From Chiloscyllium plagiosum (lineage: Eukaryota), in contig NC_057719.1 of NCBI RefSeq assembly GCF_004010195.1, forward strand, positions 16,697,532 through 16,761,531: a stretch of 64,000 nt of DNA, written 5' to 3'. This document shows, piece after piece, positions 25,588 through 37,156 of this stretch (the first letter of the stretch is position 1; each line of letters starts with the position of its first letter). The translations under genes and the position numbers were made by a program. Below the pieces are notes generated by a model, which saw nothing but the letters and a program-made list of their open reading frames with translations, ran no database searches and was not told the origin of the DNA.

Positions 25588-25692
25588 TGTGTGTGTGTGT
25601 CTCTGTCTCTGTCTGTGCGTGTGTGTGTCTATGTGTGTGTGTGTGTGTCTCTGTCTGTGTGTGTCTATGTGTGTATGTCTATGTGTGTGTGT
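25588..25692. repeat. Compound (GT)n/(GTCT)n microsatellite
   Basis: Directly visible. Confidence 0.95.
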
Positions 25693-25949
25693 TTGCGGAG
25701 GGGCATGTGGAACAGGCGGTGGAGATACAATTTGGTCTTCTTTAGTTGCCTGTGGCAACGGGATCTATCATTGGCTTTTCAGTAATTTTAACTGGGAGAT
25801 GAAATGAAGAATATATTCTCCAGAGATTTGAATAAGGGAGCGGTCTTAATTTGTGGGAAGATTGGATTGAAGGCAATATTGCTAACATGATTTTTACACA
25901 CAACATTGAACATCCCTTGTTTTAATCTACTTTCCATTTACTGGTTCGG

Positions 25950-26182
25950 TATAAAATGCAAAGAAAGTACTGTAAATGTTGAAATAAAAGCAAAGTGTAA
26001 GAGAAACCTGTCTGGTCTGGCAGGATCTGTGGAGAGAGAAACAGATAATTTTTGTAAGTACTAACTTAAAATCATAACTGATTTCACCAGAACCCAAGAC
26101 TCAAAATATTCTCTGTTTCTCTAGTCACAGATGCTGCCAGACCTGCCAAGTTTCTCCAGCACTTTTGGTTTCTATTTCAGTA
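25950..26182. mobile_element. Degenerate fold-back PLE-terminus repeat
   Basis: GGTCTGGCAGGATCTGTGGAGAGAGAAACAGA and its inverse TCTGTTTCTCT..CACAGATGCTGCCAGACCTG. Confidence 0.6.
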
Positions 26183-26984
26183 TGAACTGGGTCAGGGCTG
26201 AGCCAGACTGATGAGCTATGCTTAATGGCAGAGATGAAAATGCAACCTCCAACTACAGCCTTGTGTATGATTGCATGGGTATTGTGCACTAATTGATCAC
26301 TCAGACAGTGTGCAGAGTTACTGCTGACATGTGGCCATATGGGTAGACTAATGGCAGCTGGTGGAGGCATTGGGTGTGTTGATGCATTGGCACAGACATA
26401 TGGTGCACACCGAATCATGCTTTACTGAAATATCTTGCTGTCAAATGGGGCAATTATTTTCTTGAAGCTGTACCAACACCTTCCTTTCACTGGTCTATTC
26501 TTCAAAACTCCAAAGGGTTAGGAGTTCAGACCTAATTTACTCGACAAACCATTGTAGAGCAACTCTGTCATCCGAGAGATCAATCTGATGGACATTTACT
26601 CTACCAGCTCCTAGGAATGTATATCCCTCCTTTAAATATGGACACCGAACTGCACACAGCATCTCCTATATAAACTTACCAAAAACACTATGCAGTTATA
26701 GTATGGCTTCCTTATTGCAAACACATTGCATTATAATTGGGTGTCATGGCAATGACAGCCTCATGAGAATGAGGGTGAACAGACTACTACATGATTAAGG
26801 AGGGTGAGGATGTCTCAAAATCGTGTGCTGTTCTCACAATGCTTCCATTTCATGGCAACACTCCCAAGAATAATACTTTCTTCTGGAACTCTCCTAGAAT
26901 TTCTATCTGCTCTTTCCACTCCTCTGTCCTTTCCTCAGAGCCTGATGGTTTTTTTCAGGCAGCGCGTTTCAGGTTGCAACAAAA

Positions 26985-27143
26985 ATCTGAGCTGATCTGG
27001 CTGGAAAAGCTCAGCATCGCTGGCAGCTTCTTTGAAGAGAAATCAGAGTGAATGTTTCAGGTCCGGGTGGCCCTTCCTCAGAATTCCCTCCCCTCATCCT
27101 ACTTTCTGCATAAAACCTTTTTTTTAACGAAGGGTCACCGGGC
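26985..27143. mobile_element. PLE-terminus repeat with minus-strand hammerhead-like motif (~27050-27083)
   Basis: Reverse complement reads TTCTGAGGAAGGGCCACCCGGACCTGAAACATTCAC. Same family as the 47.2, 47.7 and 53.7 kb copies. Confidence 0.6.
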
Positions 27144-27144
27144 C

Positions 27145-27462
27145 TTACAGTATGGAAACAGGCCTTTCAGCCCAACAAGTCCACACCAACACTCCAAAGA
27201 GTAGCCCACCCAGACCCATTTCCAGACCCTTTATTTACCCCTGACTAATGCACCTAACACTATTGGCAATTTAGCATTGCCAATCCACCTGACCTGCACA
27301 TCTCTAGATTGTGGGTGGAAACCAGAGCACCCAGAGGAAACCCACACAGACACGGGGAGGATGTGCAAACTCCACACAGACAGTCACCCTAGGCGGGAAT
27401 CAAACCCAGTCCCTGGTGCTGTGAGGCAGCAGAGATAGCCACTGAGCTACTGTGCCATCCCA
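27145..27462 (-). mobile_element. HE1-like V-SINE
   Basis: Contains GGAAACCCACACAGACACGGGGAGGATGTGCAAACTCCACACAGAC; head CCCTGGTGCTGTGAGGCAGC..CACTGAGCTAC. Confidence 0.88.
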
Positions 27463-28199
27463 TGAGACAAGTGCTCCTTCCTTTGAAACATGTACACACT
27501 GGAAACCAAGCCCGCGAACTTGGAGAACAGTGAAGTGGTTTCATTCATATTGAAACCTCAAACACCACCTTGGAAAGTATTTCCAGACTGAATCTCGTCA
27601 CATTTTCTGATAAAGCTTTGTGCTAGGCTGGGAACAGTATACCAAGGGCACTCATGTGAAACAGCCCACCAGATAAAGCTGGTGAGAGGCTTGTCCATCC
27701 ACACCAGCAAGGCTGCCATCCCTCCTGAGCTTGCTTCTTGTAACCAGAGCAATGATGGCCATGGCTGTAGATGGTGGCGGGATGACGCGGATGGTGGCAT
27801 AACAACAAATCATAACCTCGGATTACTTACAGACATCTCAAACTTTTAATTTACAACATGCATTATTTAAATGAAAACACATAGCCAAAAGGTGATGGCA
27901 GATGAAAGTTCAGTCGTCAACTGCGAGGAATGTCACACCTGAAAAGGAGACCTTCAAATGTCAACCCTTAAAAATGAAAGATGCTTTTCAAAACAACCTG
28001 GATTGTTGTAAGGCCTTAAGGTGCAGCAGAAGTAGGCCATTCCGCCCATCGAGTCTACACTGCACTTCAATGACATCATGGCTGATCTCATAATCCTCAA
28101 CTCCACTTTCCTGACCTTTCCCCATAACCCTTAATTCCCTTACTAATTAAAACTCTATCTGTCTCTGGCCTTAATTTTATCAGTAATATCCAACTCTAT

Positions 28200-28578
28200 G
28201 GCCTTAATGTTCACAGAAGCTGATTACTAAATCTTTTAAACTCTTTCTGTTCAATTAACATTTTTAACCTGTGTCTGTGTCACATTATTCTCTTTAGTGG
28301 CTATTCTGTTTAGTGGCTAATAAACTCACCGTTTTGTTCATTCAAGAAAGCCTGGTTAAAGTAGATCATTTTAAAATGTAAAGTCATTTGGATTGGAAAA
28401 AGGTGTCCACGAGGTAAGGGATTTTTTAAAAAATGAACCATGTTCTGAGTAACCGAGAGAGGGCATGGATTAAGAAAGGGATTTAGTTCATCCCTCTTCA
28501 CCTGGGAGCGTAGTCTTTCATGCTGGGGTGAAGAATTCCCTCCAGAATCATAACAAATTAGGGACCCTTGTCTGGGAT
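28200..28578 (+). mobile_element. Possible LTR 3' part followed by a degenerate tRNA-Pro primer-binding site
   Basis: AATAAA near 28319. The segment ends in ...CATAACA (28555), followed by AATTAGGGACCCTTGTCTGGGAT, which resembles TGGGGGCTCGTCCGGGAT. Confidence 0.4.
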
Positions 28579-28589
28579 AGGACTTATGC

Positions 28590-28940
28590 CTGAAAGGCAC
28601 CTGCACATCCACCAATATCATTTATTGTATCCGTTGCTCCTGAAGCGGTTTCCTCTACATTGGGGAGACTTGATGCCTCCTCGCAGAGCGTGTCAAGGAA
28701 CATCTCCGGGACACCCGCACCAATCAACTCCACTGCCCTGTGGCCCAACATTTCAACTCCCCCTCCCACTCTGCCGAGGACATACAGGTCCTGGGCCACC
28801 TCCACCACCGCTGCCTCACCACCCGACGCCTGGAGGAAGAACGCCTCATCTTCCGCCTCGGAACACTTCAACCCCAGGGCATCAATGTGGACTTCACCAG
28901 TTTCCTCATTTCCCCTCCCCCCACCCAACCTCAATTCCAT
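28590..28940 (+). mobile_element. Penelope-like element GIY-YIG endonuclease fragment
   Basis: Translates as TCTSTNIIYCIRCS..LYIGET, then QHFNSPSHSAEDIQVLG...RRLEEERLIFRLGTLQPQGINVDF. Confidence 0.85.
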
Positions 28941-29391
28941 ACTGTAGGGAAACTAATCATGTCACTGAAACCCAGTGGTTTTACTTTACTGAATTTACAG
29001 GTTTGAACTGTCTTGTGCTCATCGCATTCTGCACGACTGATTAGAAAAGAGAAAAATCAATTCCTCTTCTTGACCTTCTGTGTAGGGCAAAGATCGCAAG
29101 ATTGGGTGTGGGAATTCATTAGGTTTAAGCATGAGTCAGTGACAGGGCTTGGCATCATAAGTCATTGAAGATCCTATACTATGTGCTAACATCTTCAGAG
29201 ACACGTTTCCTGTGCCAGTGCAAGAATATTATTATATTTGTGAAGAACAGTTGATCCCTGTTTGAGTATAGAAAAGAATTTTATTTCTTGACTTGTTTTG
29301 GTGGTACTTCTGAACTAGTTATTAAGAGATGTCCATTTTCAGCCACAGGTTCCAGGCTTCAGGATGGTTTCTCCCAGATTAATACTAATTC

Positions 29392-29775
29392 CAAAACCAA
29401 AAGAACTGCGGAAGCTGGAAGTCAGAAACAAAAACAGAAATTGCTAAAAAAAACAAAGCAGATCTGGTAGCATCTTTCGAGAGAAATCAGAGTTAGTGTT
29501 TTGGGTTCTTCAGAAATTTCTGAGTTTTTCCAGCATTTCATTACAGTCAGAAGTAAAGCCACAATTTTCCGAGGTTTGAGTCTGGGAGACAAAAACAGAA
29601 ATTGCTGAAAAAACTCAACCTTCTGAAGAACTCAAAACATTAACCCTGATTTCTCTCTACGGGCGCTGCCAGGCCTGCTGAGTTTTTTTCCAGCAATTTC
29701 TGTTTTTCTCTCCCAGACTCAAGCCTCGCAAATCTAATGCAATTGTAGCTTTGCTTCTGACTGTAATGAAATGCT
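29392..29775. repeat. PLE-terminus fragments plus an inverted duplication (29532-29617 / 29679-29775)
   Basis: AGCATTTCATTACAGTCAGAAG...GAGTCTGGGAGACAAAAACAGAAATTGCTG is matched by its reverse complement ending CTTCTGACTGTAATGAAATGCT. Confidence 0.75.
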
Positions 29776-29847
29776 TTTGTATTAAACAATGCCTTCACAT
29801 CTTAAGAGGAGTAAATAAATAAAATGAATGGCATTTTAAATACAGTG

Positions 29848-30605
29848 CGTCAGCTGTGACACAATTGTAGCACTCTGAGTCAGAAGATTGTGATGCAACT
29901 TGATAGGATCAATACAGGAAAACATGTGTCCTCTTGTGGTGGAGACTAGTGCCAGAGTACACAGTTGAAGAATATGTAGTCTCCCTTTTAAGAGAGATGA
30001 TGATTTTCTTTCCTTTTGGCTTCCTCAGGAAATAGTGCCTTGAACTTATTCAGTACTGAGTTAGGTAGGTTTTGAAAACCAAGGGAATCTAGCATTTTGG
30101 GGAATAGACAGGAACACAGCATTGAGACCATAACCAGGCCAGCGTTGAAAGATCAAATAGCCTACGCCTGTCCTAAGTCCTGTAAAGTATGAGTTTAATT
30201 CCTACTCCAGGATTTGAACACAGAAATCTCACCCGGCCCTTTAGTGCAGCAGTGAGGAAGTGCAACACTGTTGAAGGTGCTGTCTTTCAATCCACATGAT
30301 ATGTTAAATGGAGAGCCTCAACTTCTGTCGGATGTGGATGTAAAAACAATTCAATGGCAATATTTCAGAGAAGAGTGGGGGAGCCATCCTTGCTGTCCTG
30401 CCCAGTATTTATCCCTCCATTAACATGGCAAAACCAGATTATTTAATTGGTATCATCTTGCTGTTTGGGAGGGGTTTGCTGTTGCCAGATTGGTTGCCTC
30501 GTTCCCTAAATGGTGGCTACATTTAAAACTTACCTCACCAGTTGTAAGGTACTTGCAGACATCCAGTGATCGTGAATGGTGCCATGTGAATGCACCTTTT
30601 ATTCC
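29848..30605 (+). mobile_element. Deu-domain SINE-like element with an old CR1 3' fragment (~29900-30185) inserted in its head
   Basis: Head CAGCTGTG...CTCTGAGTCAGAAGATTGTG resumes at GAGTTTAATTCCTACTCCAG. Core GGTGCTGTCTTT...GATGTAAAA...GAAGAG...TATTTATCCCTC...CAGATTAT...TTGCTGTTTGGGAG. Confidence 0.6.
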
Positions 30606-31728
30606 TCTTCAATCTGCATATTCCCAAACTACTAGGGAGCAAGCCACAATTTACTGATAAAGCCCAAATCATGCTGTATTGAAATCTCCAGTTACTTAAA
30701 ATAAAATTTCAGGAATGCATACAGAATACATGCAGGAGTTTCCATTGCCTACTCTTGCTGGGTGAAGATTGTTATCAGCTTTGTGATGCTAGGAAGCATT
30801 ATGTTAGCTCAGGATTTCAAGCTTTAAATCTGAACTCTAACCCTGCCATCCCATGCACCCTAGTGTCGACTGGCAATATTGCATTTTCTTGTTAAAGAAC
30901 ATTTAAACATGATGCCCCTACTCCACGCTGTTGCACAGCAGTCCAAACTCCAAGGATCAAAATAGGTTCATTTAACTGGTCGCTGTGAAAAGAGCAGTGG
31001 ATTTGTTCAGGGCTAGGAAATCCCACCCCAATTAAAACCACCAAATATGAGTGATGGGCAACAATATTAGAGGGGATGTGTGTTCCGCTCAAATACTTGA
31101 TAGCTCTGAATATGACAGTAGGAGACAATTTTATATTAATCTAGTGTGTAGCTGTCAGCCCTTGTTACCCTGGTTTGTGGTGTTGACCTGCTGAGTGCAT
31201 TCAACTTGGAAAAGACAAACTCGCAATTATATAACAGGTTCCATGAGCTCAGTATGTCCTGAAGTGTTTTAGAATGGATAATGTGGTCACTAGTAATAGG
31301 AAGCGTGATAGTCAATGGACACAGCAAGGTTCCCCAGCTGCAGTGCGATCGTGACTGGTTAGTCTGTTTAAGGTGTTGGTTGAAGGGTAAATGTTGAACA
31401 GGATTCCATCCTCTGTTACCATCTCATCTGAAAGTATGATCACAATCATCTTTCTTCAGTGGAGTGTCGACCGAGAGTGGGTGCTCACACCTTCATTCTG
31501 GGTCTGACTCTGAGCAAAAGGGTTATTACTGAGCAAAAGTCAACAACTTTAGAAGTCAGCAATTTAGCAGACAGTGCAGGCCTCTTCTTTCCAGGACGTT
31601 TGTGTGGTTGACACCCAGCAACCCACAGTGATTCAGTGGGTTCATCCGGTCAGTAGCTGGTCTTGCCACAAAGTTATAATTAATTACTCTTTTAAAAATT
31701 AGCCCAATTGCCCATGTTCCAGTCAAAT

Positions 31729-32073
31729 GGGACAGCACAGTGACTCAGTGGTTTGAACTGCTGCCTCACAGTGCCAGGGACCAGGGTTCAATTCCATCCT
31801 CAGGCAACAGTCTGTGTGGAGTCTGCACATTCTTCCTCTGTCTGTTTGGATTTCCTCGGGTGCTTTGGTTTCCGCCCGCAGTCAAAAATGTGCAAGTTTG
31901 GAGGATTGGCCATGTTAAATTGCCCATAGTGTCCAGCAATGTGCAGGCTAGTAGGTGGCTTAGCCATGGGAAATGCAGGATTGCAGGGGTGAATCCCAGT
32001 GGGATGCTCTTCAGAAGGTCGTTATGGACTTGATGGGCGAAATGACCTAATTCCACATTGTAGGAATTCTATG
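31729..32073 (+). mobile_element. HE1-like V-SINE, full length
   Basis: GGGACAGCACAGTGACTCAGTGG...GGGTTCAATTCC head, GTCTGTGTGGAGTCTGCACATTCT V-domain, and tail ending ATTCTATGA. Confidence 0.88.
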
Positions 32074-33434
32074 AAATGCATTTAAAATGCAAGCAGCTGA
32101 ATTTTCATGACTTTTATTTGTAAGACAAAAAATCATTCTTCCGGAATGTGCTTAAGTTCCAAAACAAGGTGAGTGACACTCATTTAATGCATTTCCTTTA
32201 TTTAAGTGCTTGTATTCGAAAAGTTAGCAAGTGCGGTGCAAAGTTTCAGGGCAGGTTCAACACAAGGAAATAGATGTGTCCCATCTACACAACTGAGCAG
32301 GTTTCCCAACCTGCTGTTATTGGCAGGGGTTTGTTGCTTTAATGCTAATGAGCAGAATGCGTTGGAAATGTGAGAAGTGTAGGCAAATGCACTCTGGGTC
32401 ATCTGCTCCGACTGACCCATTTTATAGCCTGGGTAATAATATTTTCCTTTGCTTGATTAGAACTAGTGCTAGAGATTGAGCAGTGGCCAGTGTACACGGT
32501 GAACAAACACAGATTATTCCAGCAGGAAGCAGACACTCTCCCGACAGGAGGCTAGCTGTCCCTTTCTTCTGATTTCACAGTTAATAGGGTTGTCTCCATG
32601 TGCAGCCGCACATGAAAGTGGAATATTTTCAGATATGAAACCTGTGTCGGAGGAGGATGGGAAAGGGTTGACGGCTGAGAGAAACTGTGGGTTGGAGGAA
32701 AAGGAAAGAGGAATCTATTAATAGTGTGGTATAAAACTGGAGAACAGAAAGGTAAAAGTGTATCAGCAGAGCCGTCTTGAACTGTGCTCACATGAAGGGA
32801 ATTTTATTTGGCTTTAGATACATCTTAATTGAGAAGAGCGATTTGACCAATTTAACAGAATAGAAAAGAAAATCTAACCTTGGCTTCTGCATCTTCAGGA
32901 TACTTCAAAATGCTTCACAAACTGAAGTGCAGTCAGTTGTTTTATAGACAGCTTGTGAAATACAAAGTCCTCCAAAGACGTATGAGGCAAATAACTAATC
33001 ATTAAAAACAGAAAATGCTGGAATAGCATAGCGGCTCTGCGAGCATCACTGGCAGAAGAAACAGAGTGAGCCTTTCAGGTCATTGACCCATCCGTAACAG
33101 CTTTGAGAAATTAACAGTGTGATGGATTAGGAGCAAGTAATAAGTGGATGTGGAATGTTGGGAAGGAATGTGGAAGGAAGGTCTCTGAAAAGACAGAAAG
33201 TGGGAAAGATTAAATGACCAAAATTTCCATGATGTAAAGTACAATTAAAAAGGATGTGTAGAGGAGGTGTGAATGGCAGATGCACAGAAAGTTCTGCCGA
33301 GACAGCGTGGAAAGGAGAGGACTAAAAGAATGAGCAAAACCAGCGAAGAAGGAGGAAGCCTCAACTTCATCTAAAACTGTTGAAATTGACTCCAGAGAGC
33401 TAAAAAGTTCCCAGTGTTCCACATCTTGCATTAT

Positions 33435-35557
33435 GCTCCCTCTGCTCCAATCCCAACCTCACCATCAAACCAGCGGATAAAGGGGGTGCAGTGGTAGTCT
33501 GGCGCAGTGACCTCTACACTGCTGAAGCCAGACGCCACCTCGAAGATACCTCTTCCTACTGCCCCCTCGACCATGACCCCACCCCCCATCACCAAACCAT
33601 CATCTCACAGACTATACAGAACCTCATCACCTCAGGAGATCTCCCATCTACAGCTTCCAACCTCATAGTCCGGGAACCCCGCACTGCCCGGTTCTACCTC
33701 CTTCCCAAGATCCACAAGCCTGACCACCCCGGCCGACCCATTGTATCAGCCTGCTCCTGCCCAACCTAACTCATCTCTACCTACCTTGATACCGTTATCC
33801 TCCCAGTTCAGGAACTCCCCACATACGTTTGAGACACCATCCATGCCCTCCTCTTCCTCCAAGACTTCCATTTTCCCGGCCACCAACGCCTCATCTTCAC
33901 CATGGACATCCAATCCCTCTACACCTCCATCCGCCATAACTAGGGCCTCCATTTCTTCCTCTCCCGACGTCCCCAACAGTATCCTTCCACCGACACTCTC
34001 ATCCGTTTGGCTGAACTGGTCCTCACCCTGAACACTTTCTCCTTCAAATCCTTCCACTTCCTCCAGACCAAAGGGGTAGCCATGGCCACCCGTATGGGCC
34101 CCAGCTATGCCTGTCTCTTTGTCGGCTACGTGGAACAGTCCATCTTCCATAGTTACACCGGCACCACTCCCCACTCTTCCTCTGCTACATTGATAACTGC
34201 ACCGGCGCTACATCGTGCTCCTGCGAGGAGGTTGAGCAGTTCGTCAATTTCAACACATTCCACCCCGACCATAAATTCACCTGGACCATCTCTGACACCA
34301 CTCTCCCCTTCCTGGACCTCTCCATCTCCATTAATGATGACCGACTTGACACTAACATTTTTTACAAGCCCATCGACTCCCACAGCTACCTGGATTACAC
34401 CTCTTCCCACCCTACCTCCTGCAAAAATGCCATCCCATATTCCCAATTCCTCCGCCTCTGCCGTATCTGCTCCCAGGGGGACCAGTTCCACCATAGAACA
34501 CACCAGATGGCCTCCTTCTTTAGAGATCACAATTTCCCTTCTCACGCATCTTATCCACATCCCGCATCTCCACCCTCAAACCCCATGCCTCCAACCGTAA
34601 CAAGGACAGAACCCCCTTGGTCCTCACCTTCCACCCTACCAACCTTCGCATTAACCATATCATCCACCGACATTTCCGCCACCTCCAAACGGACCCCACC
34701 ACCAGGGATATATTTCTCTCCCCACCCCTTTCTGCCTTCCGNNNNNNNNNNNNNNNNNNNNNNNNNNNNNNNNNNNNNNNNNNNNNNNNNNNNNNNNNNN
34801 NNNNNNNNNNNNNNNNNNNNNNNNNNNNNNNNNNNNNNNNNNNNNNNNNNNNNNNNNNNNNNNNNNNNNNNNNNNNNNNNNNNNNNNNNNNNNNNNNNNN
34901 NNNNNNNNNNNNNNNNNNNNNNNNNNNNNNNNNNNNNNNNNNNNNNNNNNNNNNNNNNNNNNNNNNNNNNNNNNNNNNNNNNNNNNNNNNNNNNNNNNNN
35001 NNNNNNNNNNNNNNNNNNNNNNNNNNNNNNNNNNNNNNNNNNTTCCCTGGATGCTGCCTGACCTGCTGTGCTGTTCCAGCAATAAAGTTTCAACTTTGAT
35101 CTCCAGCATCTGCAGACCTCACTTTCGCCTGGAGGAAGAATGCCTCATCTTCCACCTCGGAACACTTGAACCCCAGGGCATCAATGTGGACGTCACCAGT
35201 TTCCTAATTTCCCTTCCCCACACCTTACCTCAGTTCCAACCTTTCAGCTCAGCACTGTCCTCATGACCTGTCCTACCTGGCAATCTCCCTTCCCACCAAT
35301 CTCCTGAACCCTCCCCTCTGACCTATCACCTCCATCCCCACTCCCATTCACCTATTGTACTCTTTGCTACCTTCTCCCAGCCACTCCCCCCCCCTCCCCC
35401 GCGCCATTTATCTATCTCTCCCCCTGGAGACTGCCTGCCTCAATTCCTGATGATGGGCTTTTGCCTGAAACATCGATTTTCCTGCTTCTCGGATGCTGCC
35501 TAACCTGCTGTGCTTTTCTAAATTCTGGTTTCCAGCATCTGCAGTCTTCACTTTTGC
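33435..35557 (+). mobile_element. Penelope-like element: degenerate RT, assembly gap, then tandem terminal repeats with GIY-YIG C-terminus and hammerhead motif
   Basis: KPADKGGAVVVW, FYLLPKIHKP..PGRPIVS, MDIQSLYT and QTKGVAM..MGPSYACLF. A terminal-repeat end at 35043-35125 is followed by a second copy at 35126-35557. CTGATGATGGGCTTTTGCCTGAAACATCG begins at 35447. Confidence 0.9.
34742..35042. other. Assembly gap
   Basis: Run of N. Confidence 1.
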
Positions 35558-35624
35558 CGAGTACAATAGGAACCCTACTGTCTTTGCTGGAGGGAAGGGA
35601 AGGGATGAGAGGAAGAGCCTGTGA

Positions 35625-35922
35625 AACAAACAGTTAATCTGCTTTGGGTTCTATGGATTGACAGAGAAATTTTGGTCAGGAGTCGAGGTGAACTCCCTTC
35701 TCTGCTTTGAGTAGTACCACGGGGTCATCTACATCCAACCGAGAAGATAGACAGTTTTAGCTTAACACATCATCTAAAAGACAGCACCCTGACAGTGCAA
35801 TGCTGTTTCAGTATTGCAGCAAAATGTTACGCAAGGTCATACGTTCAAATCTTGCAGGGGATCTTATAACTTTCAACCTTATGACTGACAGGCAAGAGCT
35901 CTACAACTGAACCAAGACTGCC
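35625..35922 (-). mobile_element. Degenerate Deu-domain SINE-like repeat
   Basis: CATCTAAAAGACAGCACCCTGACAGTGCA...CAACCTTATGACT..CAACTGAACCA is the reverse complement of the head and core of the 29848-30605 element. Confidence 0.55.
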
Positions 35923-36825
35923 ACTTATTATTATCTTGTACAGTTTCCAGCTTTAACATCCTGAAAACCACAGGCTAAATTTAAACCACTCATTAATTTG
36001 AAAAAATTGTAACAGTGTAGATCAGAGGTTGTCTTGTTCCACTCTTCTCAGTTCACTGGTCTGACAAAGTGATCCGCCAACACATTTTACGAATTGCCAC
36101 ACCCCCTTTGCTGCCCCTTTTAGATTTAGCGTATTTTTTACTACAGATCTCAGGAAACTAAAATTCTTGCTTTGACTTATTCGGTGAACATTGTTAAAGC
36201 AACAGCATCTGTGATAATAGTGTCTCAAATGTTGAAAAACTATCCACTTGGCATCACAAGAATATCGTAAGATAATTGCCGAAAGAAAGACATCCTGCAA
36301 AGCTTTCCATTTTTTACTCATCAGGGCAAATGCAAGAATGCTGAATTTCAAGCAATTCTAACTGCAGGGGAAATGGAAGCTGAATGGTTAGCAAATCGTC
36401 TGTGACTGACTGAGAAATTGCCTGTTACTTCTTCCATGGCAATCACTAGTGAGCCAAGATCCTGGATAACTCAAAACTGGTGCAAGTGTTGAACATATTC
36501 CTTTTGCCTGCAGGGAATGGATCATTGTGTATGAATTTATACCTCATCTGGCAAGCCTATGCCAGCAGAATACAAACCATATTCAAACAGCATAAAAAAC
36601 CCAGAACAAAATGACTACAATTAGTTATGATTTTACAATTGGACAACACTTTCTGAAAATACTGAGTGTGCTAATAACTACACTAAGCAATCGCTTTAAG
36701 ATAATGAGTCAAAAATCTTCAATATATGCTTTATTTTCAACGCACAGCAGGGCAGTTTAGAGGTGGTGGTAAGATGAAACTTGATGTCATTAGTGTGCAT
36801 ATGAGAACTTATGTTGAACTACACA

Positions 36826-37156
36826 GGGAAGTGATGGTCTAGAGATATTATTACTGACCAGTAATCCAGGCACCCAGGTATTGTTGTGGAGATCTGGGTT
36901 CAAATCACACCACAGTCAAACTTGAATTTAATGAAACTCTGGAATTAAGAATCTAATGATGGCCATGAAACCATTGTTGATTGGTGTGAAAAATCCATCT
37001 GATTCACTGATGTCCTTTAGGAAAGGAAACTGCCACTCTTACCTGATCTGACCTACATATGTCTCCAGACCCATAGTAATGTGGTTGACTCATAATTGCC
37101 CGTTGGGCAATAAATGCTGGCAGAGCCAATGGTGCCCACATTCTGTGAATTAATAA
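36826..37156 (+). mobile_element. tRNA-derived SINE-like repeat
   Basis: A/B-box-like GTGATGGTCTAG...CTGGGTTCAAATCAC. Its tail GGGCAATAAATGCTGGC...CCCACATTCTGTGAAT is also seen at ~59785-59870 (+) and ~43225-43290 (-). Confidence 0.6.

Noticed and set aside
25471..25807. Cys/Val-rich ORFs
   Set aside because: Translation of a (GT)n microsatellite. The same applies to 58380-58751 inside the PLE 3' region.
32633..32721. Possible exon after TTTTCAG (MKPVSEEDGKG...)
   Set aside because: Purine-rich low-complexity sequence with an in-frame stop before any good donor, and no recognisable protein similarity.
34507..35109. Long ORFs of 149-184 aa
   Set aside because: Artefacts of translating through the N gap.
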